A model generated the notes under the pieces. It saw nothing but the letters and a program-made list of their open reading frames with translations. It ran no database searches and was not told where the DNA came from. 36,316 nucleotides of DNA from positions 1-36,316 of the forward strand of contig DIZV01000096.1 of the NCBI GenBank assembly GCA_002427995.1, in the 5' to 3' direction. Positions 9,076-18,091 of the stretch are shown here, one piece after another; position 1 is the stretch's first letter; every line of letters starts with the position of its first letter. The stretch comes from Chloroflexi bacterium UBA6019. GTDB taxonomy: Bacteria; Chloroflexota; Dormibacteria; Dormibacterales; Dormibacteraceae. The translations under genes and the position numbers were made by a program.

Positions 9076-10299
9076 CTAATCCTTGAGGTTGGTGGGGTCG
9101 AGCAGCTCCTCTCGGGGCCGGGTGATCCGCTCCCGGGAGCGCATGATCTCGATCAGCTTCTTGCGGCCCTTGGGCGGTCCGATCATGATCGCCCCGACCA
9201 GCCGGTCATCGAGGAAGAAGAGCTTGCGGAAGAACTTCTCCTCCAACGAGAAGGTGCGGACGGACTCCAGGTCGGGCTGGACGTCGGGGGTCACCCCCAT
9301 CACCGCCATCGTCGAGCCGAACATCGTCGTCGTGTAGGTCGGCACGTCGAAGAACTCCTCGTCGCCACCCGCCATGTTGACGGCGGCGACCTTGCCATGG
9401 GCCATCGCGTTGTCCCAGGTTCCCATCTGGTTGTGCTTGCCCACCATCACGTCGAAGAAGACGGCGATGTCGCCCGCGGCGTAGACGTCGGGGAGGCTCG
9501 TGCGAAGCCGCGAGTCGGTGACGATCCCCTTCCGCAGCTCGGCCCCCGCTGCCTCGACCGGCTCGGTGTAGTACTTGAGGCCGACGCCGTAGCAGAGCGC
9601 GTCGAACTCCACCCGGCGCCCCTTCTCGGTCTCCACCAGGAAGTGGCCGTTGCTGGACGCAAAGCGCTTCGCCTCGTCTTCGAGGATGAACTCGACGCCC
9701 ATCTCCTCGCCCAGCCGGCGACACAGCTCGCCACCCTCGACGTCGAGCACGTAGCGGAGAAAACGCGGGCCGCGCATCAGCCAGGTGACCTTGACGCCGC
9801 GGTGCGCGATGCCCTCGGCGAGCTCGTAGGCGATGAAGCTGCCGCCCATCACGAGCACTCGCTCCGACCGGTCCGCGGCGGCGATGATGGCATTGGTGTC
9901 GTCCAGCGTCTGGAAGCCGAGGACGCAGGGTAGCTCGGCGGCGCCGTGCCAGGGCGGCGGTGCCGGCTGGCCGCCGGTCGCGACCAGCAGGGCGTCATAG
10001 GGAAAGTCGCCGGCCTTTTCAGTGTGAACGACCTTCTTAACCGGGTCGACCGCCGTCGCCCAGGTCTCGAAATGGATCTCCAGGTTGCGCGCCGCGTAGT
10101 CCTCGACCGTTCGCATGAGGACCTTCTCCTCCCGGACCTGGCCGCGGAGGTAGCGGGGCAGGGCGACGCGGTTGTAGAGGGGGTGGCGCTCGGCGGCGAG
10201 CATGACGATCGAGCACTCGGAGTCCTGGACGCGGAGCGCCTCGGCGCAGGTCTGGCCCGCGATCCCGTTGCCGAGGATGACGTAGCGGCGGGTGGACAG
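9076..10299 (-). CDS. NAD(P)/FAD-dependent oxidoreductase (ferredoxin/rubredoxin reductase, NirB N-terminal-like)
   Basis: Motifs YVILGNGIAG, HPLYNRVALP, YDALLVATGG, VMGGSFIAYE and TSLPDVYAAGD. The computed start (10407) lies inside the GNAT gene; the likely start is CTG at 10299. Confidence 0.88.
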   Translation of the reverse strand: MSTRRYVILGNGIAGQTCAEALRVQDSECSIVMLAAERHPLYNRVALPRYLRGQVREEKVLMRTVEDYAARNLEIHFETWATAVDPVKKVVHTEKAGDFPYDALLVATGGQPAPPPWHGAAELPCVLGFQTLDDTNAIIAAADRSERVLVMGGSFIAYELAEGIAHRGVKVTWLMRGPRFLRYVLDVEGGELCRRLGEEMGVEFILEDEAKRFASSNGHFLVETEKGRRVEFDALCYGVGLKYYTEPVEAAGAELRKGIVTDSRLRTSLPDVYAAGDIAVFFDVMVGKHNQMGTWDNAMAHGKVAAVNMAGGDEEFFDVPTYTTTMFGSTMAVMGVTPDVQPDLESVRTFSLEEKFFRKLFFLDDRLVGAIMIGPPKGRKKLIEIMRSRERITRPREELLDPTNLKD

Positions 10300-10304
10300 G
10301 GCTC

Positions 10305-11156
10305 TTACAACCTCAGCGCGAAGTAGGAGATCCGGAAGGGTTCGGACTCGGAATCGTATCCGGTCGCGGCGAAGTCCTTCTCCCCGGGGTGACCGTCGGG
10401 CGCCCACAGATTGACGCCTTCCATGCCGAGGGTGTCGGCCTCGAAGCGGAGAGCCAGGAGCAGGTCCTGGAGCGGGGCCCCCGAGCCGCTGACGAAATAG
10501 GCCCAGAGGCCATCACCGTCCCAGCTATCGCGGACCGCGGCCAGGGCTCGTCCGCCCGCGGTGACCCGGAGGGCGCCCTCGTCGGCCAGGCGTCGGAGCA
10601 GCTCCGCGTCGAGGTCGAGTGCCCATTCCCCATTGGCGAGGACTCCACCGTAGGCGGCGATCGCCGGGTCCTGCTGGAGGGTGGCGAGCAGCCGTCCCGC
10701 ATCACCGGGCGCCGGCATCCGGGCCGGCTCGTCGCCCTCCAGGCGGCGACCGCGCCAGACCCGCGGGGCTACCAGAAGCCGGAAGCCGGCCGACTGGAAG
10801 AGGGAGATCGCATCCGGGTTGGCGGTCGCCAGGCGCAGCTCTCGGAAGCCGAGGCCGCGGGCCTGGGCCGCGGCGGCGGTCAGCATCGCCCGCGCCAGTC
10901 CCTGCCGGCGGTGGCTGGAGGCGACTCGAAGGCCCTCGTACCAGGCGACGCCGGCAGCGATCGGTCGCAACCGCTGGACGCCCACCAGTTCACCCTCGAG
11001 CTCGGCGGCCTGGAACCAGGCGCCGGGGTCGGCGAGCCAATCGTCGAAGACCCGCGGGAGGTAGTCGTGACCTTCCCACACGTCGGCCGTGATCGAGGCC
11101 ACCCGCTCGCGGTCGGTCGGCCGGACGGGCCTGATCTCTACCGACGTGGACGCCAA
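10305..11156 (-). CDS. GNAT family N-acetyltransferase (probably two-domain)
   Basis: Motifs IRPVRPTD, DYLPRVFDDW and EGLRVASSHRRQGLA (motif A). TTG start at 11156. Confidence 0.88.
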   Translation of the reverse strand: MASTSVEIRPVRPTDRERVASITADVWEGHDYLPRVFDDWLADPGAWFQAAELEGELVGVQRLRPIAAGVAWYEGLRVASSHRRQGLARAMLTAAAAQARGLGFRELRLATANPDAISLFQSAGFRLLVAPRVWRGRRLEGDEPARMPAPGDAGRLLATLQQDPAIAAYGGVLANGEWALDLDAELLRRLADEGALRVTAGGRALAAVRDSWDGDGLWAYFVSGSGAPLQDLLLALRFEADTLGMEGVNLWAPDGHPGEKDFAATGYDSESEPFRISYFALRL

Positions 11157-11932
11157 TGCGCAACCCCCGAGCTTCCCCGGCCCCGGCCGTAGACCAGCCT
11201 GCCCGCCTCCTCGACCAGGTTCTCCCCCACCCACGCCGCGGCCCTGGCCTCGTTCCAGGCGCTGGCGAGGGGCGGCCGGTACTCCTCTTCGAACTCCGCC
11301 AGGTCAGCCCAGGACTGGAAGCCCTCGTATTCGAGCACCCCGACCTCGGCGCGGATTCCGAGCTGCTCGAGCAGGTTCCAGAGGTCCCCGAATTGGGGCT
11401 GCCGCGCCCGAGCCGTGCCAGTCATCAGCTCCCAGAGCGGGTCGGAGGGCGTCCGTAGCTGTGCATGGCGCAGCTGGATGAAGACCCGCTCGACCGCCGT
11501 CGCCTCCAGCTTGGCGATGAACGCCGGGGCGTCGGCCGTCCCGTAGAGAACGTGGCAGCAGATGACGAGGTCGGCCGGCGCCGGCTCGGCCAGCTCCCAG
11601 TCGGCAGCTATCACGGTCATGTTCTCCTTCGCCGGGATCAGGTCGCGCATGCCCTGGGAGGGCTCGACCGCGGTGACCCAGTCGAGCCGGTCGGCCAGCG
11701 GCGCCGCGTAGCGCCCGGCCCCGGCGCCGACATCGACCAGCGTCCGGTGCGGCTCGAGCCAGGGCTCCAGCAGCTCCAGGAACCCGTCCCGGCGGTCGTT
11801 GGTGGCGGCGGCGAAGCTGCGGGCCCGCTTGTCCCAGTACCGGGGGTCGTGGAAGCTCGAGGCCTGCGCCTGGCGGGCTTCGACGAGCCGCCTCCAGTGC
11901 TCCGTCCAGTCGGTCTCCAGCAGCGGGTCCAA
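11138..11932 (-). CDS. Class I SAM-dependent methyltransferase
   Basis: Motifs YWDKRARSF, LVDVGAGAG, VTAVEPSQGM and DLVICCHVLY. Confidence 0.9.
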   Translation of the reverse strand: MDPLLETDWTEHWRRLVEARQAQASSFHDPRYWDKRARSFAAATNDRRDGFLELLEPWLEPHRTLVDVGAGAGRYAAPLADRLDWVTAVEPSQGMRDLIPAKENMTVIAADWELAEPAPADLVICCHVLYGTADAPAFIAKLEATAVERVFIQLRHAQLRTPSDPLWELMTGTARARQPQFGDLWNLLEQLGIRAEVGVLEYEGFQSWADLAEFEEEYRPPLASAWNEARAAAWVGENLVEEAGRLVYGRGRGSSGVAHWRPRR

Positions 11933-12012
11933 GGCGCCAAGTACTTTGTCACAGCCGCTCGCCCGGATATCCCCCGGCTGTGCACAGGTTATCCGCAGAT
12001 CGGGCCTGCTTA

Positions 12013-12060
12013 TCCCAAAATGTAGTGGGTCGCGGCGCTTGCAGTCGCAGGATGTGGGGT
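12013..12060 (+). promoter_or_regulatory. Tandem NrdR-box-like operators upstream of thyX
   Basis: tcccaaaatgtagtgg (12013-12028) and tcgcaggatgtggggt (12045-12060) versus the consensus acaCwAtATaTwGtgt. Start-to-start spacing is 32 bp. Confidence 0.72.
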
Positions 12061-12067
12061 CTAAGAT
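12039..12067 (+). promoter_or_regulatory. Sigma70-type promoter of a leaderless thyX transcript
   Basis: TTGCAG (12039-12044), 17-bp spacer, TAAGAT (12062-12067), then 7 nt to GTG at 12075. No Shine-Dalgarno sequence. Confidence 0.72.
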
Positions 12068-12074
12068 TCCGGCC

Positions 12075-13697
12075 GTGAGCCTGGCACCCTCTCCCGCGGA
12101 ACCTTCCTCGGTCGCTGCCGACGGAGGTTTCAGCGCCGGCGAGGCGGCCTCGATCGGCCGCTACTTCACCAACCTCGATCGCGACGTGTTCGCCCTCCGC
12201 AACCTGCCCGAGGTCGTCAAGGGGGCGCTCTTCTCGCGCTATTCGCGAACCGAGAAGAGCCTCCGGCGGGTGCTTCTGGAAGAGTTCCTGCAGGAGCCCG
12301 ACGCGGGGCTCGACCGGCTCGGGGTCGAATCGGAGAGGGACTCTGAGGTCGCGACCCGCAGGGCGGAAGAGTTCTATGAGCGGGTCCTGGTCGGCTACGG
12401 CGATGACTCGGTCGCCGAGCTGGCAGGCGCTCACCTCGCTGTAGAGCGGGTCTCGACCCTCGCCGCGAAGGCGCTCCAGGATTCCCGAATCGGCCTCTCG
12501 CCGCTGGAGAAGTCCACCCGTTACGTGCGGTTTGACCGCCCCGGCCCCGACGGGCGATACAACTACTATCGCTCGCCGGAGCTCTCCCACCGCGTCTACG
12601 AGCTCGCGGCGGACCACCTCTTCGACACCTTCTCGGACCTGCTCGAGGTGGTTCTCGGCAAAGTCCGCGCGAGCTACCCGCCCGATCCCGAGGAGACGGA
12701 GCGCGCCTGGAAGTCGGCAACCCGAGCCAAGTCTCTCGACATCCTTCGCGGCCTCCTGCCCGCGGGGACGCTGACCAACCTCGGGCTCTATGGCAACGGC
12801 CGTGCCTTCGAGTACCTGATCACCAAGATGGCGGGCCAGGACCTGCCCGAGTGCCGCCGGCTGGCGGGCGAGATGCATGGCGAGCTCACCCAGGTGATCC
12901 CCTCCTTCGTCCGCCGGGCGATCGACGACAAGTACGGCCGGCCCGCCGCCCTCCGACTCCGAGCGCAGTCCGAGCAGCTCCGGCTCCTCGCCCCCGAGGG
13001 CGCCGACCCCGGCGCGGGCACCACGGTGCGGCTGGTCGAGTACGACCAGGACGCGGAGCGGAAGGTCGTCGCGGCCGCCCTCTTTCCCCACTCGGCGATC
13101 CCGCTCGTGGAGTTGCAGGAGACGTGGGTCGACCCGGGCCCGGTGCTGGACGCTCTGCTCGGCGACCGCGCCAACCGCCGTCATCGCGCCCCGCGCGCCC
13201 TCGAGCACGCTTCCTACACCTTCGAGGTGGTCGCCAACTTCGCGGCCTACCGCGACCTCCAGCGCCACCGGATGCTCACTCAGGATCGCCAGCTGCTGGG
13301 CTGCTCGCTCGGCTATGACGTGCCCCGCCAGGTTGTCGAAATGGGTTTGGAGGAGCGCTACACGGTGGCGATGGACGCGGCCCGCGCCGCCTGGCAGCTG
13401 CTCGAGGCCGACTGCGGACCCGTGCTGGCGCAGTACGTCGTGCCCCTCGGCTTCCGGGTCCGCTGGTACTTCAAGGCCTCGCTCCGCGAGATCTACCACC
13501 TCTGCGAGCTGCGGACGACACCCCAGGGCCACCCCGACTACCGGCTGGTGGCCCAGCAGATGTTCCGCCGCGTCTACGAGGTCCATCCCCGCCTCGCCCA
13601 GTACGCGCGCTTCGTCGACCTGGGCCCGGGCGACGAGCTGGAGCGGCGCGCCTCCGAGCGCCGGATCGACCAGAAGCTGAAAGCGCTCAGCTCCTAG
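12075..13697 (+). CDS. thyX: FAD-dependent thymidylate synthase, tandem-domain (~540 aa) type
   Basis: Motifs LPEVVKGALFSRYSR, VLVGYGDDSVAEL, RIGLSPLEKSTRY, RGLLPA-TLTNLG-GNGR, RDLQRHR and CELRT-QGH-YR. Two ThyX-like halves. Confidence 0.9.
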   Translation: MSLAPSPAEPSSVAADGGFSAGEAASIGRYFTNLDRDVFALRNLPEVVKGALFSRYSRTEKSLRRVLLEEFLQEPDAGLDRLGVESERDSEVATRRAEEFYERVLVGYGDDSVAELAGAHLAVERVSTLAAKALQDSRIGLSPLEKSTRYVRFDRPGPDGRYNYYRSPELSHRVYELAADHLFDTFSDLLEVVLGKVRASYPPDPEETERAWKSATRAKSLDILRGLLPAGTLTNLGLYGNGRAFEYLITKMAGQDLPECRRLAGEMHGELTQVIPSFVRRAIDDKYGRPAALRLRAQSEQLRLLAPEGADPGAGTTVRLVEYDQDAERKVVAAALFPHSAIPLVELQETWVDPGPVLDALLGDRANRRHRAPRALEHASYTFEVVANFAAYRDLQRHRMLTQDRQLLGCSLGYDVPRQVVEMGLEERYTVAMDAARAAWQLLEADCGPVLAQYVVPLGFRVRWYFKASLREIYHLCELRTTPQGHPDYRLVAQQMFRRVYEVHPRLAQYARFVDLGPGDELERRASERRIDQKLKALSS

Positions 13698-13704
13698 GCA
13701 GCCG

Positions 13705-14550
13705 TTGGAGGCGCCGCGGAGGACGCTGGTCGTGCACGGCGGTGCCGGAGACTGGTCCGAGGAGCTGCGGGCGAAGGCAATGGCCGGCATCGATCGTGCG
13801 CTCGACGCCGGCCTGGCGGCGTTCGACGGCGGTCCCCTGGAGGCCTGCCTGGCCGCGGTCCGCGTGCTCGAAGATGATCCGCTCTTCAACGCGGGCATCG
13901 GGGCAACTCTCAACTCGGAAGGCTTCGTCGAGCACGACGCCGCGGTGATGGAGGGACGCGACCTCCGCGCCGGCGCGGTCGGCGCCGTTCGCGGCATCCG
14001 CCACCCGGTCGACCTGGCCCGGGCAGTGATGGATGACGGCCGCCACGTTCTGCTGGTGGGCGATGGCGCGTCCCGCTTCGCTGCCTCCGCCGGTGTCGAG
14101 ACGGCCGACCCTGCGATCTTCCTCGTCGATCGCCGCCGCCGGCAGCTGGATGAGTGGCGGCGCGGCGACGGCGACACCGTCGGCGCGGTGGCCTTCGAGG
14201 ACGGGCACCTTGCCGCCGCGGTTTCGACCGGCGGCTACACCGGCAAGCTGCCGGGCCGGGTCGGCGACAGTCCCATCCCCGGGGCTGGGCTTTATGCCGA
14301 CGATCGCCTCGGTGCGGCGGTCGGGACCGGCACCGGCGAGTTGTTCATCCGCCTCGTCCTCGCCAAGTTCGCGGTCGAACAGATGGCCTCGGTCAACGCG
14401 GCGGAAGCCGCGACCGGGGCAATCGATCTGCTCGACCGGCGACTCCAGGGCCGCGGCGGCATCATCACGGTGGACCGGGAGGGCCGCGCTGGGGCCGCCT
14501 TCAACACCGGCTGGATGCCCTGGGGCGACCGAACCGACGCGACACCATAA
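13705..14550 (+). CDS. iaaA: Isoaspartyl peptidase / L-asparaginase (Ntn hydrolase)
   Basis: Motifs VVHGGAG, LEDDPLFNAG, the D-TVGAVA autocleavage site and STGG-K-PGRVGDSPIPGAG. Confidence 0.93.
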   Translation: MEAPRRTLVVHGGAGDWSEELRAKAMAGIDRALDAGLAAFDGGPLEACLAAVRVLEDDPLFNAGIGATLNSEGFVEHDAAVMEGRDLRAGAVGAVRGIRHPVDLARAVMDDGRHVLLVGDGASRFAASAGVETADPAIFLVDRRRRQLDEWRRGDGDTVGAVAFEDGHLAAAVSTGGYTGKLPGRVGDSPIPGAGLYADDRLGAAVGTGTGELFIRLVLAKFAVEQMASVNAAEAATGAIDLLDRRLQGRGGIITVDREGRAGAAFNTGWMPWGDRTDATP

Positions 14551-14560
14551 CCTTTAGGCG

Positions 14561-16189
14561 GTGCCAGAGTCGGGCAATACCGGTGAGCTGATCGTCCTCG
14601 CCCTCGAGGCGGCGGGGACGAGCCACCTGTTCACTCTGAACGGCGCGCATATCTGGCCGATGCTGATGGGCTCGGTCGCGCACGGGATCCGGGTGGTCGA
14701 CACCCGGCATGAGCAGACCGCAACCTTCGCGGCGGAGGGCTGGTCGAAGGTCACCCGCCAATGCGGGGTGGCGACCGTCACCGCCGGCCCCGGCGTCACC
14801 AACGCGATCTCCCCGGTCGCGGCAGCGCACTCCAACGACAGCCCGCTCCTGCTCGTCGGGGGCCGGGCGCCGGAGGCGCGATGGGGGATGGGCTCGCTCC
14901 AGGAACTCGACCACCCGCCACTGCTGCGGACGATCACCAAACGGGCCTCGACCCTCAAGTCCGCCGCGCAGGCCTACGGGGCGACCGTCGAGGCGATGGC
15001 TCTGGCGCTCTCGCCGCGCACCGGTCCGGTCTTCTTCGACGTCCCCTTCGACACCTTCCTCGCCGGCGAGGATTTCCCAGCCGAGCGGCCCCAGCCGGAG
15101 CCGAACCGCGGCGCGTCACCCGACCCGGACCAGGTGAGGAGGATCGCAGCACTCCTCCGGGAGGCTCGACAACCCGCGGTGATCGCCGGCAGCGGCGTCT
15201 GGTGGGCGCACGGGGAGGACGCGTTACGCCGCTTCGCCGAAGCTGCCGACCTCCCCGTTTACACCAACGGGCTGGCGCGCGGGATGCTGCCGCCCGCGCA
15301 TCGCCTCTTCCGCTCCCGCTCGCGCTCGGCGGGCCTCGGCCAGGCCGACCTCGTCCTCGTGGTCGGAGTGCCGCTCGACTTCCGACTCAACTGGGGCCAG
15401 CCCCCGGTGCTGCTCGACGGCGGCAAGATCGTCTACGTCGACGCCGACGACTTCCGCAAGCACCGGGAGCCGGCGGCCGCCCTCTACGGGGACATCGCCG
15501 CGGCCCTGGACGCGCTCGCGCAGGCTTGCCGGGACAGCCCCCGCCACGATCGGTGGCTGGCGGAGCTGGCGGATCGGGAGAGCGCCGCCCGCGAGAAGGA
15601 CCGCGCGATGTTCGAGTCCACCTCCTCGCCGATCCATCCCGCCCGCCTGGTGTCCGAGGTCGGCGCCTTCCTCGACCCGGACGCGATCGTCGTCGGCGAC
15701 GGGGGCGACTACGTGAGCTTCGCCGGCCGCTACCTCGAGCGGCCGGGGCCGGGACAGTTCATCGACCCCGGTCCCTTCGGCTGCCTGGGCTCCGGGCCCG
15801 GGTACGCCCTGGCGGCCAAGCTGGCGCACCCCGACCGGCAGGTTGTGTTGTTGAGCGGCGACGGCGCCTTCGGCTTCAGCGCGATGGAGTTCGACACGCT
15901 CGTCCGCCACCGGGTGCCGGTCATCTGCGTCATCGGCAACAACGGCATCTGGGCGACCGAGAAGCACCCGATGCTCAACCTGCTCGGCACGGCGATCGCA
16001 GCGGACCTTCGGCCGGGGACTCGGTACGACAAGGTGGTCGAGGCGCTCGGCGGCCACGGCGAGCTGGTCGAGCACCCGGACGGCATCCGACCAGCACTGG
16101 AACGGGCGGCAAAGGCGGGGGTGCCTGCCTGCGTCAACGTGATTTGCGACCCCGACGCCGAGTACCCGCGTTCATCTGTCCTCATGTAG
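14561..16189 (+). CDS. Thiamine diphosphate-dependent enzyme (acetolactate synthase-like / 2-hydroxyacyl-CoA lyase-like)
   Basis: Motifs RHEQTATFAAEG, TAGPGVTN, GPFGCLG and the ThDP-binding motif GDGAFGFS...GNN. Confidence 0.9.
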   Translation: MPESGNTGELIVLALEAAGTSHLFTLNGAHIWPMLMGSVAHGIRVVDTRHEQTATFAAEGWSKVTRQCGVATVTAGPGVTNAISPVAAAHSNDSPLLLVGGRAPEARWGMGSLQELDHPPLLRTITKRASTLKSAAQAYGATVEAMALALSPRTGPVFFDVPFDTFLAGEDFPAERPQPEPNRGASPDPDQVRRIAALLREARQPAVIAGSGVWWAHGEDALRRFAEAADLPVYTNGLARGMLPPAHRLFRSRSRSAGLGQADLVLVVGVPLDFRLNWGQPPVLLDGGKIVYVDADDFRKHREPAAALYGDIAAALDALAQACRDSPRHDRWLAELADRESAAREKDRAMFESTSSPIHPARLVSEVGAFLDPDAIVVGDGGDYVSFAGRYLERPGPGQFIDPGPFGCLGSGPGYALAAKLAHPDRQVVLLSGDGAFGFSAMEFDTLVRHRVPVICVIGNNGIWATEKHPMLNLLGTAIAADLRPGTRYDKVVEALGGHGELVEHPDGIRPALERAAKAGVPACVNVICDPDAEYPRSSVLM

Positions 16190-16202
16190 ATTTGACAGCC
16201 CG

Positions 16203-17471
16203 ATGGCGGTAGCCCAGCAGAAGCGGACCGAGTCGAACCCCTGGCGCACCGCGCAGCACCAGTTCGACGAGGCTGCCGACATCCTCAAGCTCGACCCCGG
16301 ACTGCGCAAGATCCTGCGCGAGGTCCAGCGCGAGTTCACCTGCCACTTCCCGGTCCAGATGGACGACAAGACGGTGCGCAACTTCACCGGCTTTCGAATC
16401 CAGCACAACATCAATCGTGGCCCTGCCAAGGGCGGTCTGCGCTTCCATCCCAACGTCTCCCTTGACGAGGTGAAGGCGCTGGCGATGTGGATGACCTGGA
16501 AGTGCGCGGTCGTCAACATCCCCTACGGCGGCGCCAAGGGCGGCGTCATCGTCGACCCCTATTCCCTCAGTGCCAACGAGCTGGAGCACCTCACCCGCCG
16601 CTTCGCGACCGAGATCTCGATCCTCGTCGGGCCCGACCGCGACATCCCGGCCCCCGACGTCGGCACCAACGCCCAGATCATGGCCTGGTTCATGGACACG
16701 ATCTCGATGCACCATGGCTACTCGATGACCGCCACCGTCACCGGCAAGCCGGTCGAGGTCGGCGGCTCTCTCGGCCGGGCCGACGCAACCGGCCGCGGCG
16801 TGATGATCTGCACTGTCGCCGCGCTCGAGACGATGGGCCTCAAGCCCTTCAACCAGCGCGTGGTCGTGCAGGGCTTCGGCAACGTCGGCAGCGTCTCCGC
16901 GCGACTGCTGGAGGAGGCGGGCTGCCAGGTGGTCGCGGTCTCGGAGGACTACGGCGGGATCTACAACCCGCTCGGCCTCTCGGTCAAAAAACTCATCGAG
17001 TACCGCGCCCGGGAGGGCACCCTGAAGGGGTTCCCAGGGGCGGAGCTGGTGCCCAACGAGGACCTCCTCAAGATCGAATGCGACATCCTCGTCCCCGCCG
17101 CGCTGGAGAACCAGATCACCTCTCATAATGCCGCCGAGATCAAGGCCAAGCTGATCGTCGAGGGGGCCAACGGCCCGACGACGCCGGAGGCGGACGAGAT
17201 CCTTCGCAACCGTGGCGTGATCCTGGTGCCCGACATCCTCGCCAACGCCGGCGGCGTGACGGTCAGCTACTTCGAGTGGGTGCAGGACCTGCAGTCGTTC
17301 TTCTGGTCCGAGCACGAGATCAACGCGCGGATGGAGGCGATCATGACGCGATCCTTCAAGGAAGTCCTGGCGATCCGGGACGAGCAGAGGGTCGACCTGC
17401 GGATGGCCGCCTACCTGCTGGCGGTGAAGCGCGTGGCGGTGGCGACGGCCGACCGCGGCATCTACCCCTAG
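16203..17471 (+). CDS. gdhA: Glutamate dehydrogenase (Glu/Leu/Phe/Val family)
   Basis: Motifs GPAKGGLRFHP, WMTWKCA, PYGGAKGG, DIPAPDVGT, VQGFGNVG, EGANGP and PDILANAGGVTVSYFEW. Confidence 0.95.
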   Translation: MAVAQQKRTESNPWRTAQHQFDEAADILKLDPGLRKILREVQREFTCHFPVQMDDKTVRNFTGFRIQHNINRGPAKGGLRFHPNVSLDEVKALAMWMTWKCAVVNIPYGGAKGGVIVDPYSLSANELEHLTRRFATEISILVGPDRDIPAPDVGTNAQIMAWFMDTISMHHGYSMTATVTGKPVEVGGSLGRADATGRGVMICTVAALETMGLKPFNQRVVVQGFGNVGSVSARLLEEAGCQVVAVSEDYGGIYNPLGLSVKKLIEYRAREGTLKGFPGAELVPNEDLLKIECDILVPAALENQITSHNAAEIKAKLIVEGANGPTTPEADEILRNRGVILVPDILANAGGVTVSYFEWVQDLQSFFWSEHEINARMEAIMTRSFKEVLAIRDEQRVDLRMAAYLLAVKRVAVATADRGIYP

Positions 17472-17485
17472 CGACTACCGGCCAA

Positions 17486-18091
17486 TCAGGCGACGGGCGG
17501 GTCCGCCGTCCGCCAGCAGTACCAGGCGGCTGCCGTGCGGTAGGGCCGGTAGACCTCGCCCAGCGCCTGCAGCTCCTTCGGCTTCGGCCAATCCGCCAGG
17601 CCATGGATCACGGCGTAGCCGCGCCGGACGCCGAGGTCGTCAACGGGCCAGACGTCCTGGCGGCCGAGCTGGAAGATGAGGAACATCTCCGCCGTCCAAC
17701 GCCCGATTCCGCGCACGGCCGAGAGCCGGGCGACGATCTCGTCGTCGGGCAGCTTCTCGATCCGGTCCAGGGGGACGGTGCCGTCGGTCGATTTGAGGGC
17801 CAGGTCGCGGATCGCGAGCATCTTGGCGGTGGAGAGCCCACAGCCGCGGAGCGGCCCGTCGGCCAGAGCGAGGACGGCCGCCGGCTGCGGCTCGCCGCCG
17901 AAGAGGGCCAGGAAGCGGCCATGGATGGCGGACGCCGCCCGGGTCGCCAGCTGCTGATAGACGATCGCCCGGACGAGAGCGTTGAAGTAGTCCCCCTGCC
18001 GGCGGCCGTGGACCGCGAAGTCGGTCGCCGCCGCCACGATCGGGGCGAAGGCGGGGTCGACCGCAAGCAGGTGGGCGACCGGTCTTCTCAA
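17486..18091 (-). CDS. alkA: DNA-3-methyladenine glycosylase II (HhH-GPD, AlkA family)
   Basis: Motifs LVRAIVYQQL, LRGCGLSTAK, VRGIGRWTAEMFL, WPVDDLGVR and RPYRTAAAWY. TTG at 18091 overlaps the upstream TGA. Confidence 0.9.
   Translation of the reverse strand: MRRPVAHLLAVDPAFAPIVAAATDFAVHGRRQGDYFNALVRAIVYQQLATRAASAIHGRFLALFGGEPQPAAVLALADGPLRGCGLSTAKMLAIRDLALKSTDGTVPLDRIEKLPDDEIVARLSAVRGIGRWTAEMFLIFQLGRQDVWPVDDLGVRRGYAVIHGLADWPKPKELQALGEVYRPYRTAAAWYCWRTADPPVA

Noticed and set aside
11933..12074. Possible replication origin (DnaA-box-like words, lower GC)
   Set aside because: Only one good box, no AT-rich unwinding element and no dnaA/dnaN nearby. Better explained as the thyX promoter.
11949..14177. 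Long antisense ORFs (742 aa here; also 26256-27854, 27577-29418, 33901-35421, 3699-4952 and others)
   Set aside because: They lie opposite well-supported genes and have no recognisable motifs. Such shadow ORFs are expected at high GC.
1392..14550. pcm and isoaspartyl peptidase as a joint isoAsp repair system
   Set aside because: They are about 12 kb apart in separate transcription units, and both are common housekeeping genes.
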